From an uncultured Prevotellaceae bacterium (lineage in GTDB: Bacteria > Bacteroidota > Bacteroidia > Bacteroidales > Bacteroidaceae), in NCBI GenBank assembly GCA_900314335.1, contig OMUV01000083.1:1-44568 (forward strand): a stretch of DNA of 44,568 nucleotides, read 5' to 3'. The first letter of the stretch is position 1. Each line of letters opens with the position of its first letter. Shown here one piece after another: positions 1-9,135 of the stretch. The notes under the pieces were generated by a model. The model was not told where the DNA came from and made no database searches. It worked only from the letters and a program-made list of their open reading frames with translations. A program made the translations under genes and the position numbers.

Positions 1-78
1 GCGAGATAAAATATTTTAGCTACGAGTTAACGAGTCGTCTACTACGAGATAAATTATTTTATCTGCGTGTAGAATTTC
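1..78 (+). repeat. R1 'tail' module of the dispersed intergenic repeat family (partial copy, cut by the window edge)
   Basis: 78 nt matches 16144-16221 with 2 mismatches. It contains three GAGATAAA boxes (two direct, one inverted), an aaaatatttt palindrome and a gttaac core. It lies about 80 nt downstream of the stop of the last minus-strand gene (160). Confidence 0.85.
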
Positions 79-159
79 AGCTTCCCCCACGGGAGTTTTC
101 TCATGCCATAAAAAATCCCCCTTGGACGGGGCATTTTATAAGATATCGCGGGAGATGAT

Positions 160-546
160 CTATTCGTAGGTGTCGGTGGTGTAGACGAGCGTCTCGGGGT
201 CGCCGTTATAGGTGTCGTAGTCGCCGGAGAGCTCGATGATGCCGCCCTTTCCGCTGCCGCTGCGGCCGCTGTTGGTGCGTATCAGGTCGCCGCTCACGGC
301 GATGTCCCAGTCGGTGCGCTGCGCCCATGCGTTGTCGGCCTGCGTGTCGCCGAAGCGGCTGACGCCGACTGTTTTACCGTCCTCGAGCGAGTAGTAGACC
401 CAATGGTCCGTGCCCTCGGAGGCATTGCTGACGGTTTGCTCCTCGCCCTTGACGCCGCCTCCTCCGCCGTCGTCCGAGCAAGAGGCGGTGAGGCTTCCGC
501 CGAGCAGTATCAGGGAGATTATGAGAATATTGTGCGATTTCATCAT
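160..546 (-). CDS. small lipoprotein, HmuY-like domain (putative surface ligand-binding protein)
   Basis: 128-aa ORF. It has a signal peptide and lipobox (LGGSLTAS|C) followed by a poly-Gly linker. The motif HWVYYSLEDGK...TDWDIAVSGDLIRTNSGRSGSGKGG resembles the WDIAF / TNGG core of HmuY-family proteins (from memory, not searched). It overlaps the upstream gene by 4 nt (ATGA). Confidence 0.55.
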   Translation of the reverse strand: MMKSHNILIISLILLGGSLTASCSDDGGGGGVKGEEQTVSNASEGTDHWVYYSLEDGKTVGVSRFGDTQADNAWAQRTDWDIAVSGDLIRTNSGRSGSGKGGIIELSGDYDTYNGDPETLVYTTDTYE

Positions 547-1940
547 CTTATCATTTTGTATTTCATCTGAAGCGCGTCCGCGCTGCCGTCGAAGCGCACC
601 TTGGCATAGTGGCCCGAAGCCGTGCGCACGATGTAATATTTGCCGGCCTTGGCCGTGCCGTCATTGCTGAGCGGCGAGACGGGACTGGCGGAGAAATGGC
701 CCGCGTGGAAGGCGGGGATTGTGAAGTCGTTGCGCCCCAGTTTCAGTTCCCTCCCTGCTATGTTGCGGCAGATATATTCCACGGGCTGGGCCCCGCGATA
801 GTCGATGACGGAGATGTAGTCCACATGCCCCTCGCCGAATTTGCGTCCGCGCTGGGCGCGCTGAATGTTGAGGAAAAACCGGCCGAAGGCCTCGTTGTCC
901 GAGCGCATATGATCGGTGTAGTCGATGCCGAACTCGAAGTCGGCCGCGGTGGAGGCGTTGTAGACGCCGCCCATGGCGTGGTCGCCGCCCTGGTGATCGA
1001 GGATGACGCTGTTGTAGTTGTTGCTCGCAGAGCGTGCGAAGGGCGCGGCGGCAGCGCCGTAGGTGAAGCCGAGGTCGTCGCGCGAGGTGTAGTGGAGGTG
1101 GATGCGGAACATGATCTTCGGCTCGTGATAGTAGACGGTGCAGCCCGTCACGGTGGTGCTGAGGAGCGTCTCGAGATAGCTGGTGCGATGGGTGAAGAAG
1201 TAGTAGGGCAGGTAGAAGCGGCCCTTGTCGCCAAACCAGCTGCCCCAGGTGTTGATGACTATGAAGGCGCCCTTGTGCTTCACGCCCGCTGTGTCGGTGC
1301 TCTCCACAAGGTCATCGTAGCCCGCGATGGTCAGGGCGTGCGATCCGCTTGTGGCCAGACGGGTGAGCAGGGCGTGATAGCCCGTCTCGCTCGGCCCGGA
1401 GTAGTCCTCGTTGAAAGTCCAGCCTACTGACTGCGACGAGTAGGTCAGCACATGGCCCGCGGCCAGCAGCGATTTGATATTCTCGATGTCGGCGTCGGTC
1501 TGGTTGCTGTAGGTGGAGATGGTCTTCACTCGATAGCGCGCGGCGTTGTGATATTTCTCATATCCGCTGGCCCAGCGGAAGTCGTAGACGCTCGGTGTGC
1601 CATAGTCGGCCTCGGTCATCACGCCGAAGTTGCGCGCTATGAGCAGGCCCTGGTCGACAAATCCGCCGTTGTCGTCTCCATCGTTGACCATATTCCATGT
1701 AAAGAGGTAGGCAAAGCGGTTGGCGGCGCTGGCGGAGGCGTCGCGGTCCAGGAGGCGATTGATCTCATAGGTGAACATGTAGCCTATGCCGGAGGCCTGG
1801 GCGCACGAACCGCCCTGCTGCGAGATGACGGGCGGGAAGTATTTGAGCCGCGTGTTGTCGACCGAGGTGGGAAGCGCTGCGGCCGTCAGGACGATGGCCG
1901 GGCTGAGCGCTGTGAGGAGGATGCGAAGAACCTTGCTCAT
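543..1940 (-). CDS. secreted papain-like (family C1) cysteine peptidase with a C-terminal beta-rich extension
   Basis: 465-aa ORF with a signal peptide. All three papain triad contexts are present: ISQQGGSCAQAS (Cys), SHALTIAGYDD (His) and VINTWGSWFGDKGRFYLPY (Asn/Trp). Confidence 0.75.
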   Translation of the reverse strand: MSKVLRILLTALSPAIVLTAAALPTSVDNTRLKYFPPVISQQGGSCAQASGIGYMFTYEINRLLDRDASASAANRFAYLFTWNMVNDGDDNGGFVDQGLLIARNFGVMTEADYGTPSVYDFRWASGYEKYHNAARYRVKTISTYSNQTDADIENIKSLLAAGHVLTYSSQSVGWTFNEDYSGPSETGYHALLTRLATSGSHALTIAGYDDLVESTDTAGVKHKGAFIVINTWGSWFGDKGRFYLPYYFFTHRTSYLETLLSTTVTGCTVYYHEPKIMFRIHLHYTSRDDLGFTYGAAAAPFARSASNNYNSVILDHQGGDHAMGGVYNASTAADFEFGIDYTDHMRSDNEAFGRFFLNIQRAQRGRKFGEGHVDYISVIDYRGAQPVEYICRNIAGRELKLGRNDFTIPAFHAGHFSASPVSPLSNDGTAKAGKYYIVRTASGHYAKVRFDGSADALQMKYKMIR

Positions 1941-1943
1941 GGC

Positions 1944-4136
1944 TTATTTCACTCTGTTGTAGGTCTTGAGCGCCTCGTCCCTCACCTCGGGGGCGAAGGA
2001 GGCGTCCTTGCTGATCTCCAGGGCGAAGGCGGCTATGCGCGGGGCCATGTAGGAGCAGTCTCTCCAGCCGAGCGACTCGATGAGGGCCTTCTGCACATCG
2101 CTGTCGCGCGAGGCGCGCACGGCGTCCATGAGCTTCTGGGCGAGGAAGGGCGGGCAGTAGTTGCGTGTGGTGCGTATCTCGCGCATGCGTATCTTGGGCT
2201 TTACCGTGTCTGAGACAGCCATGTCTACGCTCTCCAGCCATTTTGTGGCATTCGACTCGATGGCGTGCGCTATCTGGCGCTTCACGTCGGCCTTGTTGAT
2301 GTAGCATACGGAGTCGGAGTTGAACTGCCGCTCAAACTCGCTCATAAGTTTGTCGAACGGGAACATGCCCAGCGCATTCTTCGCGCTGAAGTTGCAGCGC
2401 TCGGAGGTGTTGTTGGTGATGGCGATGCGGATGAGGGCGGGGATGAGGCGCATATCGCCGCTCTTGCCGAGATAGTTGAGCGCGAAGCGCTGCACCAGTT
2501 CGTAGCTGTCCTGTGTGCCGAGGGCGATGGCCTTGACAAACTCATCGCTGTGAGTAGTAGAGAGGGCCGTGAGAGCCTCCACCCTCACGAGGGCGGACCT
2601 GGAGGTGCGGAATATCTCCAGCAGTTCGGCGGGCGTGAGGTGGCCGGCCTCGGCGTAGCGCTCTATGGCCACGCTGCGGAGGTCAGGATATTGCTCGTTC
2701 TTGAGGTATTTGCCCCACACCTTATAGTCGCTGCTGGCCAGCAGCGCCGGTACGTCGGCCACCTCTGCAGCGGGAGCGAATGTGTAGGTCGGGTCGCCTA
2801 TCACCTGCGACTCGAGATAGCCGCTCACGCGCGGCAGGAAGCCCACGGGCGCGCCGAGGCCCAGAAGCCCCATGTAGCGGTCGCTCCATTTGTCCTGCAG
2901 CACATTGACCGAGTTGGCTATCACCGCTACGGTGCGGCCGGGATTGAAGATATATTCGTCGGCGATGCAGTCGTCCAGATGGAATGAGCCTGTGAAGCAG
3001 GCGTCAATCATCACCACGCGGCAGTTGGGCTTGTAGCCGTACTGCTTGAAGTCGGGGATGGTGATGTCCTCGTTGGCATCGGCGGTGGAGTCCTTGCGTA
3101 CCACATCGGGGTCGAAGGTGTTGCTCAGCCACGAGGCGGGGATGTCAAAGCGCTTCATGAGCGCCGCCATCACGGTGTCCTTGTTCTGGCCGCGGTCCTC
3201 CACATAGTGGCGCAGATAGCCGCGGCAGTATTCCTGGATAAACTGCTTGGCCCGCTCGGCCGTCTGGATGCGCGGCGTGCCGTCCATATACTGTGTGTCG
3301 GGCGCGCCGTGGTGATGGAGAATGGCGTAGTCCAGGTCGGGGCGCTGGAGCTCGTTCATGAGTAGAAACTTGGTCACGTCCTGCTGGTCGTGCGAGATGT
3401 AGCTGATGGCGTTCCTCTGACCGCGCAGCCAGGGGAAGTGCTCGTAGAGGCCGGCCTTCTCGTCGATGCGGGCCATGAGCGAGCCGGAGACATAGCCGTG
3501 GCCGTTGAAATAGAGCACCTGGCGTATGGTGCGCGGCGTGCGCTTCTCGGCTACGGCCTTGCTCAGGTAGGCGCGGAGCTTGGCGTAGCGGCTGGTGCCG
3601 CCAGCGTCGGTAGGACGGATGCGACCGCTGTAGATGTCGGGGCGCACGCTCTGGCGCGAGTCGGCGCGCAGCGAATAGTAGAAGTAGGGCTTGACGGAGT
3701 CGCGGCCCAGCGGTGTGAACAGCAGACCGAAGTCGTCGTAGTAACGGTCGGAGGGCACGGACGAGTCGCGGCGGTCGGCCTTCTGATTCATCTTGAATGC
3801 CGAGGTGAGGTGCTGGGCGTCGCGCAGCATGGCCACGGGGATGTCGCCCACCAGTACGGTGCCCTCGATGGGGTAGTCCTTCTGAGCGTGCATGCGGCGG
3901 AGCGTGGCGCGGATGGAGTCGGGCACACCCCACTTGTCCTCTACGATAAATACCCTGAGGCCGTTGACGTCCTCGATGGCCTTGGCGTAGGCCTTGACCT
4001 CGGCGTTGGCCTCGCGCAGGCTCGCAGGGTCGATCACTATGGCAAATCCGCGCTTCACGGCCGCCGTCGAGCCCGTGAAGGACATGAGCAGCATAAAGGC
4101 CGCCAGCGCGATGTTTCTGAATGAGTAGTTATGCAT
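1944..4136 (-). CDS. secreted clan-CD (C25/gingipain-like) cysteine peptidase domain fused to C-terminal HEAT-like repeats, paralog 1
   Basis: 730-aa ORF with a signal peptide. It shows a C25-type pattern: VLVGDIPVAML...SDRYYDDF...PDIYSGRIRP. It has a His (ILHHHGAPD) and Cys (VMIDACFTGSF) dyad. The C-terminal 250 aa are helical repeats (ALIESLGW..., EVRDEALKTY). Confidence 0.65.
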   Translation of the reverse strand: MHNYSFRNIALAAFMLLMSFTGSTAAVKRGFAIVIDPASLREANAEVKAYAKAIEDVNGLRVFIVEDKWGVPDSIRATLRRMHAQKDYPIEGTVLVGDIPVAMLRDAQHLTSAFKMNQKADRRDSSVPSDRYYDDFGLLFTPLGRDSVKPYFYYSLRADSRQSVRPDIYSGRIRPTDAGGTSRYAKLRAYLSKAVAEKRTPRTIRQVLYFNGHGYVSGSLMARIDEKAGLYEHFPWLRGQRNAISYISHDQQDVTKFLLMNELQRPDLDYAILHHHGAPDTQYMDGTPRIQTAERAKQFIQEYCRGYLRHYVEDRGQNKDTVMAALMKRFDIPASWLSNTFDPDVVRKDSTADANEDITIPDFKQYGYKPNCRVVMIDACFTGSFHLDDCIADEYIFNPGRTVAVIANSVNVLQDKWSDRYMGLLGLGAPVGFLPRVSGYLESQVIGDPTYTFAPAAEVADVPALLASSDYKVWGKYLKNEQYPDLRSVAIERYAEAGHLTPAELLEIFRTSRSALVRVEALTALSTTHSDEFVKAIALGTQDSYELVQRFALNYLGKSGDMRLIPALIRIAITNNTSERCNFSAKNALGMFPFDKLMSEFERQFNSDSVCYINKADVKRQIAHAIESNATKWLESVDMAVSDTVKPKIRMREIRTTRNYCPPFLAQKLMDAVRASRDSDVQKALIESLGWRDCSYMAPRIAAFALEISKDASFAPEVRDEALKTYNRVK

Positions 4137-4251
4137 TTTGTCTTGTTGTTATTCTGTGATTATGGATAATCGTTATTTCTCTTGCAGGGCTGTTGATGAG
4201 GAGCGGCGGGCTGTCGCGGCCTGCCGTCTCCTGAATGGTGTGGCTTTATTA

Positions 4252-6204
4252 TTACTGTCCCGTGACGCGGCGATAGGTCTTGAGCGCTTCGTCGCGCAGG
4301 GCGGGCGAAAGGGAGTTGTCGCGGCTCATCCGCAGCGTGGTGCGCGCTATGCTGTCCCTGAGGTACGAGCGGCCGTACCATCCTATGGCCTCCGTGAGGG
4401 CTATGCGGCGCGCGTCGTCGTGCGGCTTGGTGATGTAGGAGAGGATGAGCGGTATGCCCGAGGCGGGGCAGTAGAGACGCATGGCCGAGGCCGTGAAGCG
4501 GAAGGACTTGTCCTTAAGAGTGTCGGCCACGAGCTCGCGCACGTCCTTGAGCCAGTAGTCGCCGTACTTCTCCATGCGCTTTACATAGCGGCGGTCGAGG
4601 CTGTCCCTGTTGACCAGCTGCCGCTGGCTCATCACCTTGTCGTAGGCCTTGAGCAGGACATCGCCGGGGAAATATTCGATGCTCATTTCTGCGTCGCTGC
4701 GCACGCGGGCGCTGGTGGCGGCGTCCGTCCAGAGGTCGACCAGCGGCACGGCCAGCTCGGGAGTGCTGTTGTCGCGTATCAGATTGACCGCGAAGCGCTG
4801 CACCATCTCGCAGCGGTCGTAGGCTGCGGTGGCGAGGCCCTTGACGGTGTTGCTGTCGTTCACCTCGGCTATTAATTTCAGGGCCTGCAGGCGGAGCTGA
4901 TCCTCGGGGGCTGTGCGCAGGATATTGAGCAGCTCACTGCTCTTCACCTTGCCAGCCCGATAGCGCGTGAGGAGGCTGAGGGCCTTGCCGTCGCCCGTGG
5001 CGCTCTCGCTGATGCCCTTCTCAGGCGTGAAGGTGAAGGTCGGGTCGCCGATGATGTGGCTCTCGAGGATCTCCTGATAGTTGTTTATCTCGCCCACCGT
5101 GTGGCCGTAGCTCAGCAGGCCGATAAAGCGGTCGTACCATTTGTCCTGGATGAGATTGACCGTGCCGGCCATGCAGGCCACTGTGCTGCCCGGGGAGAAG
5201 ATGTACTCGTTTGCGATGCAGTCGGGCATCTGGAAGGCGCCGTTGTAGCAGGCGTCGAAGATGACGAAGCGCGAATTGGGCGCAAAGCCGTAGGCGGCGA
5301 AGTCCCTGAGGTGGAGGTCGCGCAGGTCGCGGTCGACAGAGTCGGGCACATCCTTGTGCTCGCGGTTGAGATACTGGGTGTCGTAGTCGCCGTGGTGATG
5401 CAGTATGCTGAGGTCGAGGTCAGCGCGCTGCAGGGCGTTCATCAGCGTGGGCTTGATATATTTCTCCTGGTCGAAGTCGACATAGGTGATGGAGGCATGC
5501 GGGTCGCTGCGGAGGTGGGGGAAGTGGTCGTAGAAGCCCGTCTTCTCGTCCATCGCGGCCACGCGGCTGTCGTTGAGGGAGCCCTGACCGGTGAAAAAGA
5601 GGATGCGGTCGAGCCTGTTGGTGCGGCGTTTCTCGCGGACCACCTTGCTGAGGTATGCGCGGAGCTTGGCGTAGCGGCTGGTGCCTCCGGCGTCGGTGGG
5701 GCGGATGCGGCCCGTGTAGATGTCCGGGCGGACGTGCTGGGCGGAGGCTCCCGTGAGCGAGTAGTAGTAGAGCGGCGTGCCCTCGTCGTGGCCCAGAGGG
5801 ACGAAGCGCAGGGAGAAATCGTCGTAGTAGCGGTCGGAGGGAATGCTCGAGTCTTTGCGCGGCATGCTCTGGCTCATCTTGAAGGCCGAGGAGAGGTGCT
5901 GGGCGTCGCGTATCATCGGTACGGGGATGTCGCCCACAAAGACGGCTCCCACGATGTTCCAGTCGCGGCGCGCCCTCTGCAGCATGGCGCGGATGGAGTC
6001 GGGCACGCCCCATTTGTCCTCGATGGTATATACCTTCAGGCCGTTGACGTCGCGGATGGCGCCGGCGTAGGCCTCCACCTCGGCGCGGGCCTCGGAGAGA
6101 CTCTTAGGGTCGATGACTATGACAAATCCTTTTGTCCTGGCCTCAGATGCAAGCGGCGCGCAGAGCAGGAGTGCGAGCAGCAGGGAGAGTGTGATATTCT
6201 TCAT
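4252..6204 (-). CDS. secreted clan-CD (C25/gingipain-like) peptidase-HEAT protein, paralog 2
   Basis: 650-aa ORF with a signal peptide, colinear with 1944-4136 (FVIVIDPKSL..., VFVGDIPVPMIRDAQHLSSAFKM, SDRYYDDF, PDIYTGRIRPTDAGGTSRYAKLRAYLSK are near-identical blocks). The dyad is ILHHHGDYD / VIFDACYNGAF. Confidence 0.65.
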   Translation of the reverse strand: MKNITLSLLLALLLCAPLASEARTKGFVIVIDPKSLSEARAEVEAYAGAIRDVNGLKVYTIEDKWGVPDSIRAMLQRARRDWNIVGAVFVGDIPVPMIRDAQHLSSAFKMSQSMPRKDSSIPSDRYYDDFSLRFVPLGHDEGTPLYYYSLTGASAQHVRPDIYTGRIRPTDAGGTSRYAKLRAYLSKVVREKRRTNRLDRILFFTGQGSLNDSRVAAMDEKTGFYDHFPHLRSDPHASITYVDFDQEKYIKPTLMNALQRADLDLSILHHHGDYDTQYLNREHKDVPDSVDRDLRDLHLRDFAAYGFAPNSRFVIFDACYNGAFQMPDCIANEYIFSPGSTVACMAGTVNLIQDKWYDRFIGLLSYGHTVGEINNYQEILESHIIGDPTFTFTPEKGISESATGDGKALSLLTRYRAGKVKSSELLNILRTAPEDQLRLQALKLIAEVNDSNTVKGLATAAYDRCEMVQRFAVNLIRDNSTPELAVPLVDLWTDAATSARVRSDAEMSIEYFPGDVLLKAYDKVMSQRQLVNRDSLDRRYVKRMEKYGDYWLKDVRELVADTLKDKSFRFTASAMRLYCPASGIPLILSYITKPHDDARRIALTEAIGWYGRSYLRDSIARTTLRMSRDNSLSPALRDEALKTYRRVTGQ

Positions 6205-6210
6205 AAGAGT

Positions 6211-7824
6211 TTAGAGTGTGAGCGATGCGCCTATGTTGATGAGCGTGCGGCAGTCCCCTTCGTAGGCGTTGGAGTATTTATTCGAGTCCTCGCCGCTGTA
6301 GATGCGCCACTGCCCGCCGGCAAAGACTGTGAGCCATGTCGGGGTGGAGTAGAGCCTGAGCGGGATGTCGAGAGCAATGCGGGCGTTCACCGAGGCCGTG
6401 TTGGCTGTGGCGTACTCGAAGGCCGGCGCGGTGTACTGGGAGAGCAGCTTGCCCCTGACGGAGGCGAACGTCGGGTCGCCCACCGAGAAGCGGTAGCCTC
6501 CGCCTGCGGTCGTCGTGAGACGCAGGCGACGCAGGCGCCAGTACTTCGTGCCCTCGGCTGCGAGGTCGATGAGTGTGTATTTCTGCTCCGATGTGCTCTC
6601 CTCAAAGTGCTTCTCATCGCTGTAGTTCAGGCCCACGCCGCCCTGCACTGTCCACGAGGGCAGCGCCTCGGTGTCGAGAGCGTCCAGACGGTAGACGGCC
6701 GAAGCGGCGAGGCGTGTAGATTTGTGCATCTTGTTCTTGCTCAGCACTTCGTAGTAGACACGGTTGCTGTGGTCGGGGTCGGTCATGCGGCGCTGGTAGT
6801 ACCAGTAGCCCTCGTCGCCGTTGTAGGAGCCGCGCAGCGAAACATTGTGACGCAGGCGTCCGCTGCCTCCGATGCTGAGGCGGTCGTACAGCCCCAGAGT
6901 GGTGGCCTTGTAGTCGCCGCCCTTGTAGGTGTAGGCCGAACCGCCGTCGGTAGCCTTCTCGCTGTTGGTGGCGCCGCTCAGCTCCAGCATGTTGCCGATG
7001 GCGTCGCTGAGATCCCACTGCCACTGCAAGCTGCCGCCGAAGCGGAAGCCCTTGTAGTCGCGCGGGTAGTTGAGAGCGTCGTTGGTGGTGAAGTTCTGGC
7101 TGTCGCCCATGCCGCGCATCAGGAAGTAGATGTTGTTGATATAGTTGTTGATCACGACGTGGGTGAGGCTGGAACGGTAGATGTCGAAGTTGAGGCTGGC
7201 GCCCAGGGCGTGGCTGTCGCTGAGGCGGTAGAAGAAGCCCGGGGTGATGATGAAGTGCATCGCGTTGTTTTTAGGCCGCGGGTCCGTCTGGTCGGAGAGC
7301 GAGCCTGTGAGGTAGCGCAGCCTGAGACCGGCCTGCACCCGGTCGCTGAAGCGGTAGGCCGCAGCGGCGTGCAGGTCAAACTGCTCCGTGGTCATGTCGC
7401 TCCTGATCGAGTCGCCGAAAACAAACGGGTTGAGCGGCGTGAGGTAGAGCGTGCTGTTCCAGCGGCGCGAGTAATCCTTGATGTTGGAGTACTTGATATT
7501 TCCCGACAAACTGAAGTTGCCTATCCGTTTGAGTCCGGAAATATCAAGCGAGTAATCGTTTTGCATAGCTCCGCCATCAACGGGATGATAGCCTCCGCGC
7601 TCGTAATGGGCCAGCAGTGTGGCCTGGGCCAGTGTCTGCACCTGATTGAACGACAGCGATACCGGATTGTTCGTCCCGCTCCAGGGATTGGAGAGGAAGT
7701 TGAGAGTCTTGTAGTTCAGACGGTCGCGGCGAGTGGTGTCGCCCTCAATGGTGGCGGCCGTGCTCATCTCTGTCGTGAGCGCGAGCAGCATGACCAGAAA
7801 TATTGTTTTTCTCATTTGCATCAC
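6211..7824 (-). CDS. outer-membrane beta-barrel protein (DUF6850-like by recollection)
   Basis: 537-aa ORF with a signal peptide. It has an alternating hydrophobic and aromatic beta-strand pattern rich in Y/G/S/N/R throughout, and sits after the TBDR-lipoprotein pair. Confidence 0.6.
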   Translation of the reverse strand: MMQMRKTIFLVMLLALTTEMSTAATIEGDTTRRDRLNYKTLNFLSNPWSGTNNPVSLSFNQVQTLAQATLLAHYERGGYHPVDGGAMQNDYSLDISGLKRIGNFSLSGNIKYSNIKDYSRRWNSTLYLTPLNPFVFGDSIRSDMTTEQFDLHAAAAYRFSDRVQAGLRLRYLTGSLSDQTDPRPKNNAMHFIITPGFFYRLSDSHALGASLNFDIYRSSLTHVVINNYINNIYFLMRGMGDSQNFTTNDALNYPRDYKGFRFGGSLQWQWDLSDAIGNMLELSGATNSEKATDGGSAYTYKGGDYKATTLGLYDRLSIGGSGRLRHNVSLRGSYNGDEGYWYYQRRMTDPDHSNRVYYEVLSKNKMHKSTRLAASAVYRLDALDTEALPSWTVQGGVGLNYSDEKHFEESTSEQKYTLIDLAAEGTKYWRLRRLRLTTTAGGGYRFSVGDPTFASVRGKLLSQYTAPAFEYATANTASVNARIALDIPLRLYSTPTWLTVFAGGQWRIYSGEDSNKYSNAYEGDCRTLINIGASLTL

Positions 7825-7861
7825 TGTATCACTGTGTGGTAATTATCGTAGCGTTGTGGAA

Positions 7862-7920
7862 TAAAAAATAAATGCGCGGCGGAGGCTGCGGACAGTGTCT
7901 CCGGCCTGCCGCCGCGCATT
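7862..7920 (-). terminator. strong intrinsic terminator inside the uptake locus
   Basis: A perfect 12-bp GC-rich stem (aatgcgcggcgg at 7871-7882, ccgccgcgcatt at 7909-7920) with extra inner pairing. On the minus strand it is followed by a T-run (tatttttta). It starts 13 nt after the stop of the 7933-9105 gene. Confidence 0.75.
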
Positions 7921-7932
7921 ATGATATGAGTG

Positions 7933-9105
7933 TTAGTTCTCCTTGAGAGGCTGATCGGTGAGGAAGTCCTCGGAGGAGTTGTTGGTGTCCTGATAGTAGG
8001 TGCGGCCGTTTCTTACGACAGTCTTACGACGCTCGCAGAGGCCGCTCCAGGCTGTTGCGGAGATCACGCCGGCTGCATCGTCCCTGCTAAGGAATGTGGG
8101 ATAGTGGGTCGTCTGAGAGCCGTCCCATACGTCCACAGCGTCGAGCACATACTTGGAGGGGATCATGAGGAACTGTATGTTCGATTTGGTGCCGGGCGTG
8201 GTCTGCATGTTGGCAGAGTCGGCTGCGAAGGTAGCGGGATCCATGCCGTCAGGCAGCTTGGCGAGGATGAATGCGCGGCCGAAGAAGCCCAGGGCGAAGC
8301 TGGCCATGAACTTGTTGTTGGTGAACAGCACATCGAGGTTGGGCACATCGGGGTTGTCCACTTCCTGCGAGCTGTAGTCGAGGTAGATCTCCCAGTCGGC
8401 CTTGGAGAGGTCGGGGCTTGAAGCGTTGCCGCTGGCCTCTGCATGATTGACAGCGTTGTTGGCGATGACAATGGTCTGACCCGGCTGGATGGGATGATCC
8501 TTGCCGGTGCCGGGGAATGCGAGTACGGGGCCCTGGCCGGAGCTGTAGAGGTCGTTGACACCCTCAGCCTGCCATTCGTTGGCAGCGCTCTGCCTGCCCT
8601 GCGGCGCGGAGAGGATCAAGCCGTCGAGATACTCGACGCTGTCGCCGTTGTTCACGATCTCAAAATATGTGTCGCGGACATAGCCCTTCTTGCTGCCTGC
8701 ATTGTAGATGGTCTTGAAGATCAGCGGGCTCTGCTTTACGAGGGACACGGGGATGGAGACCGAAGTGGTATCGCTGAATATGTCGGCGCTCTGTATGCCC
8801 GTGGCGAGAGTGTAGGAGGTGATATTGCACTTGAAGCTGAAGCTGTAGGAGCCCTGCGGGAGCCTGAAAGCGTTGACGCCGGCGGTGTCGTAGGTCAGGG
8901 TGTAGGTCTTGCCGAGCGTGTTGTTGACAGCCGTGAGCTGCAGATTCTTGAGGTCGCTCAGGTTGAGCTCGTCGCTCAGGTTGATGCTGACCGTCACGTA
9001 CTTCTGAGCCGGTGTGTCATTGTCATCGGAGCTGCACGCCGAGAAGGCAAAGCCCGCGCTTATGACAAACGCCGAAAGAAGAATTTTGCTGAATGCTTTT
9101 TTCAT
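7933..9105 (-). CDS. surface lipoprotein partnered with the TonB-dependent receptor (DUF4876-like, with a lamin-tail-like C-terminal segment)
   Basis: 390-aa ORF. It has a lipoprotein signal (FAFSAC|SSDDND). YFEIVNNGDSVEYLDGLIL resembles the LTD motif. It lies 30 nt downstream of the TBDR gene. Confidence 0.6.
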   Translation of the reverse strand: MKKAFSKILLSAFVISAGFAFSACSSDDNDTPAQKYVTVSINLSDELNLSDLKNLQLTAVNNTLGKTYTLTYDTAGVNAFRLPQGSYSFSFKCNITSYTLATGIQSADIFSDTTSVSIPVSLVKQSPLIFKTIYNAGSKKGYVRDTYFEIVNNGDSVEYLDGLILSAPQGRQSAANEWQAEGVNDLYSSGQGPVLAFPGTGKDHPIQPGQTIVIANNAVNHAEASGNASSPDLSKADWEIYLDYSSQEVDNPDVPNLDVLFTNNKFMASFALGFFGRAFILAKLPDGMDPATFAADSANMQTTPGTKSNIQFLMIPSKYVLDAVDVWDGSQTTHYPTFLSRDDAAGVISATAWSGLCERRKTVVRNGRTYYQDTNNSSEDFLTDQPLKEN

Positions 9106-9135
9106 TGCTTTTGGTTTTGTTGGTTTATATTGAGT

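Noticed and set aside
543-760. Possible T9SS C-terminal sorting domain, or HmuY-like C-terminal strand, at the end of the C1 peptidase (..GKYYIVRTASGHYAKVRFDG..).
   Set aside because: Only the G-x-Y...K-V pattern is reminiscent. The upstream conserved CTD motifs (for example the PNP block) are not visible, and the segment is too short to call by eye.
5056-7842. 928-aa plus-strand ORF. Similar very long ORFs occur at 12654..15395 (+), 17677..20196 (+), 38206..41064 (-), 9319..10947 (+), 29775..31259 (+), 26286..27878 (+) and 34619..35986 (+).
   Set aside because: Each lies antisense to a gene with clear family motifs. Their translations are low-complexity and rich in A/V/G/R/H/D/E, with no recognisable domains, signal peptides or promoter boxes. 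This is the typical stop-codon-poor antisense frame of GC-rich coding DNA.
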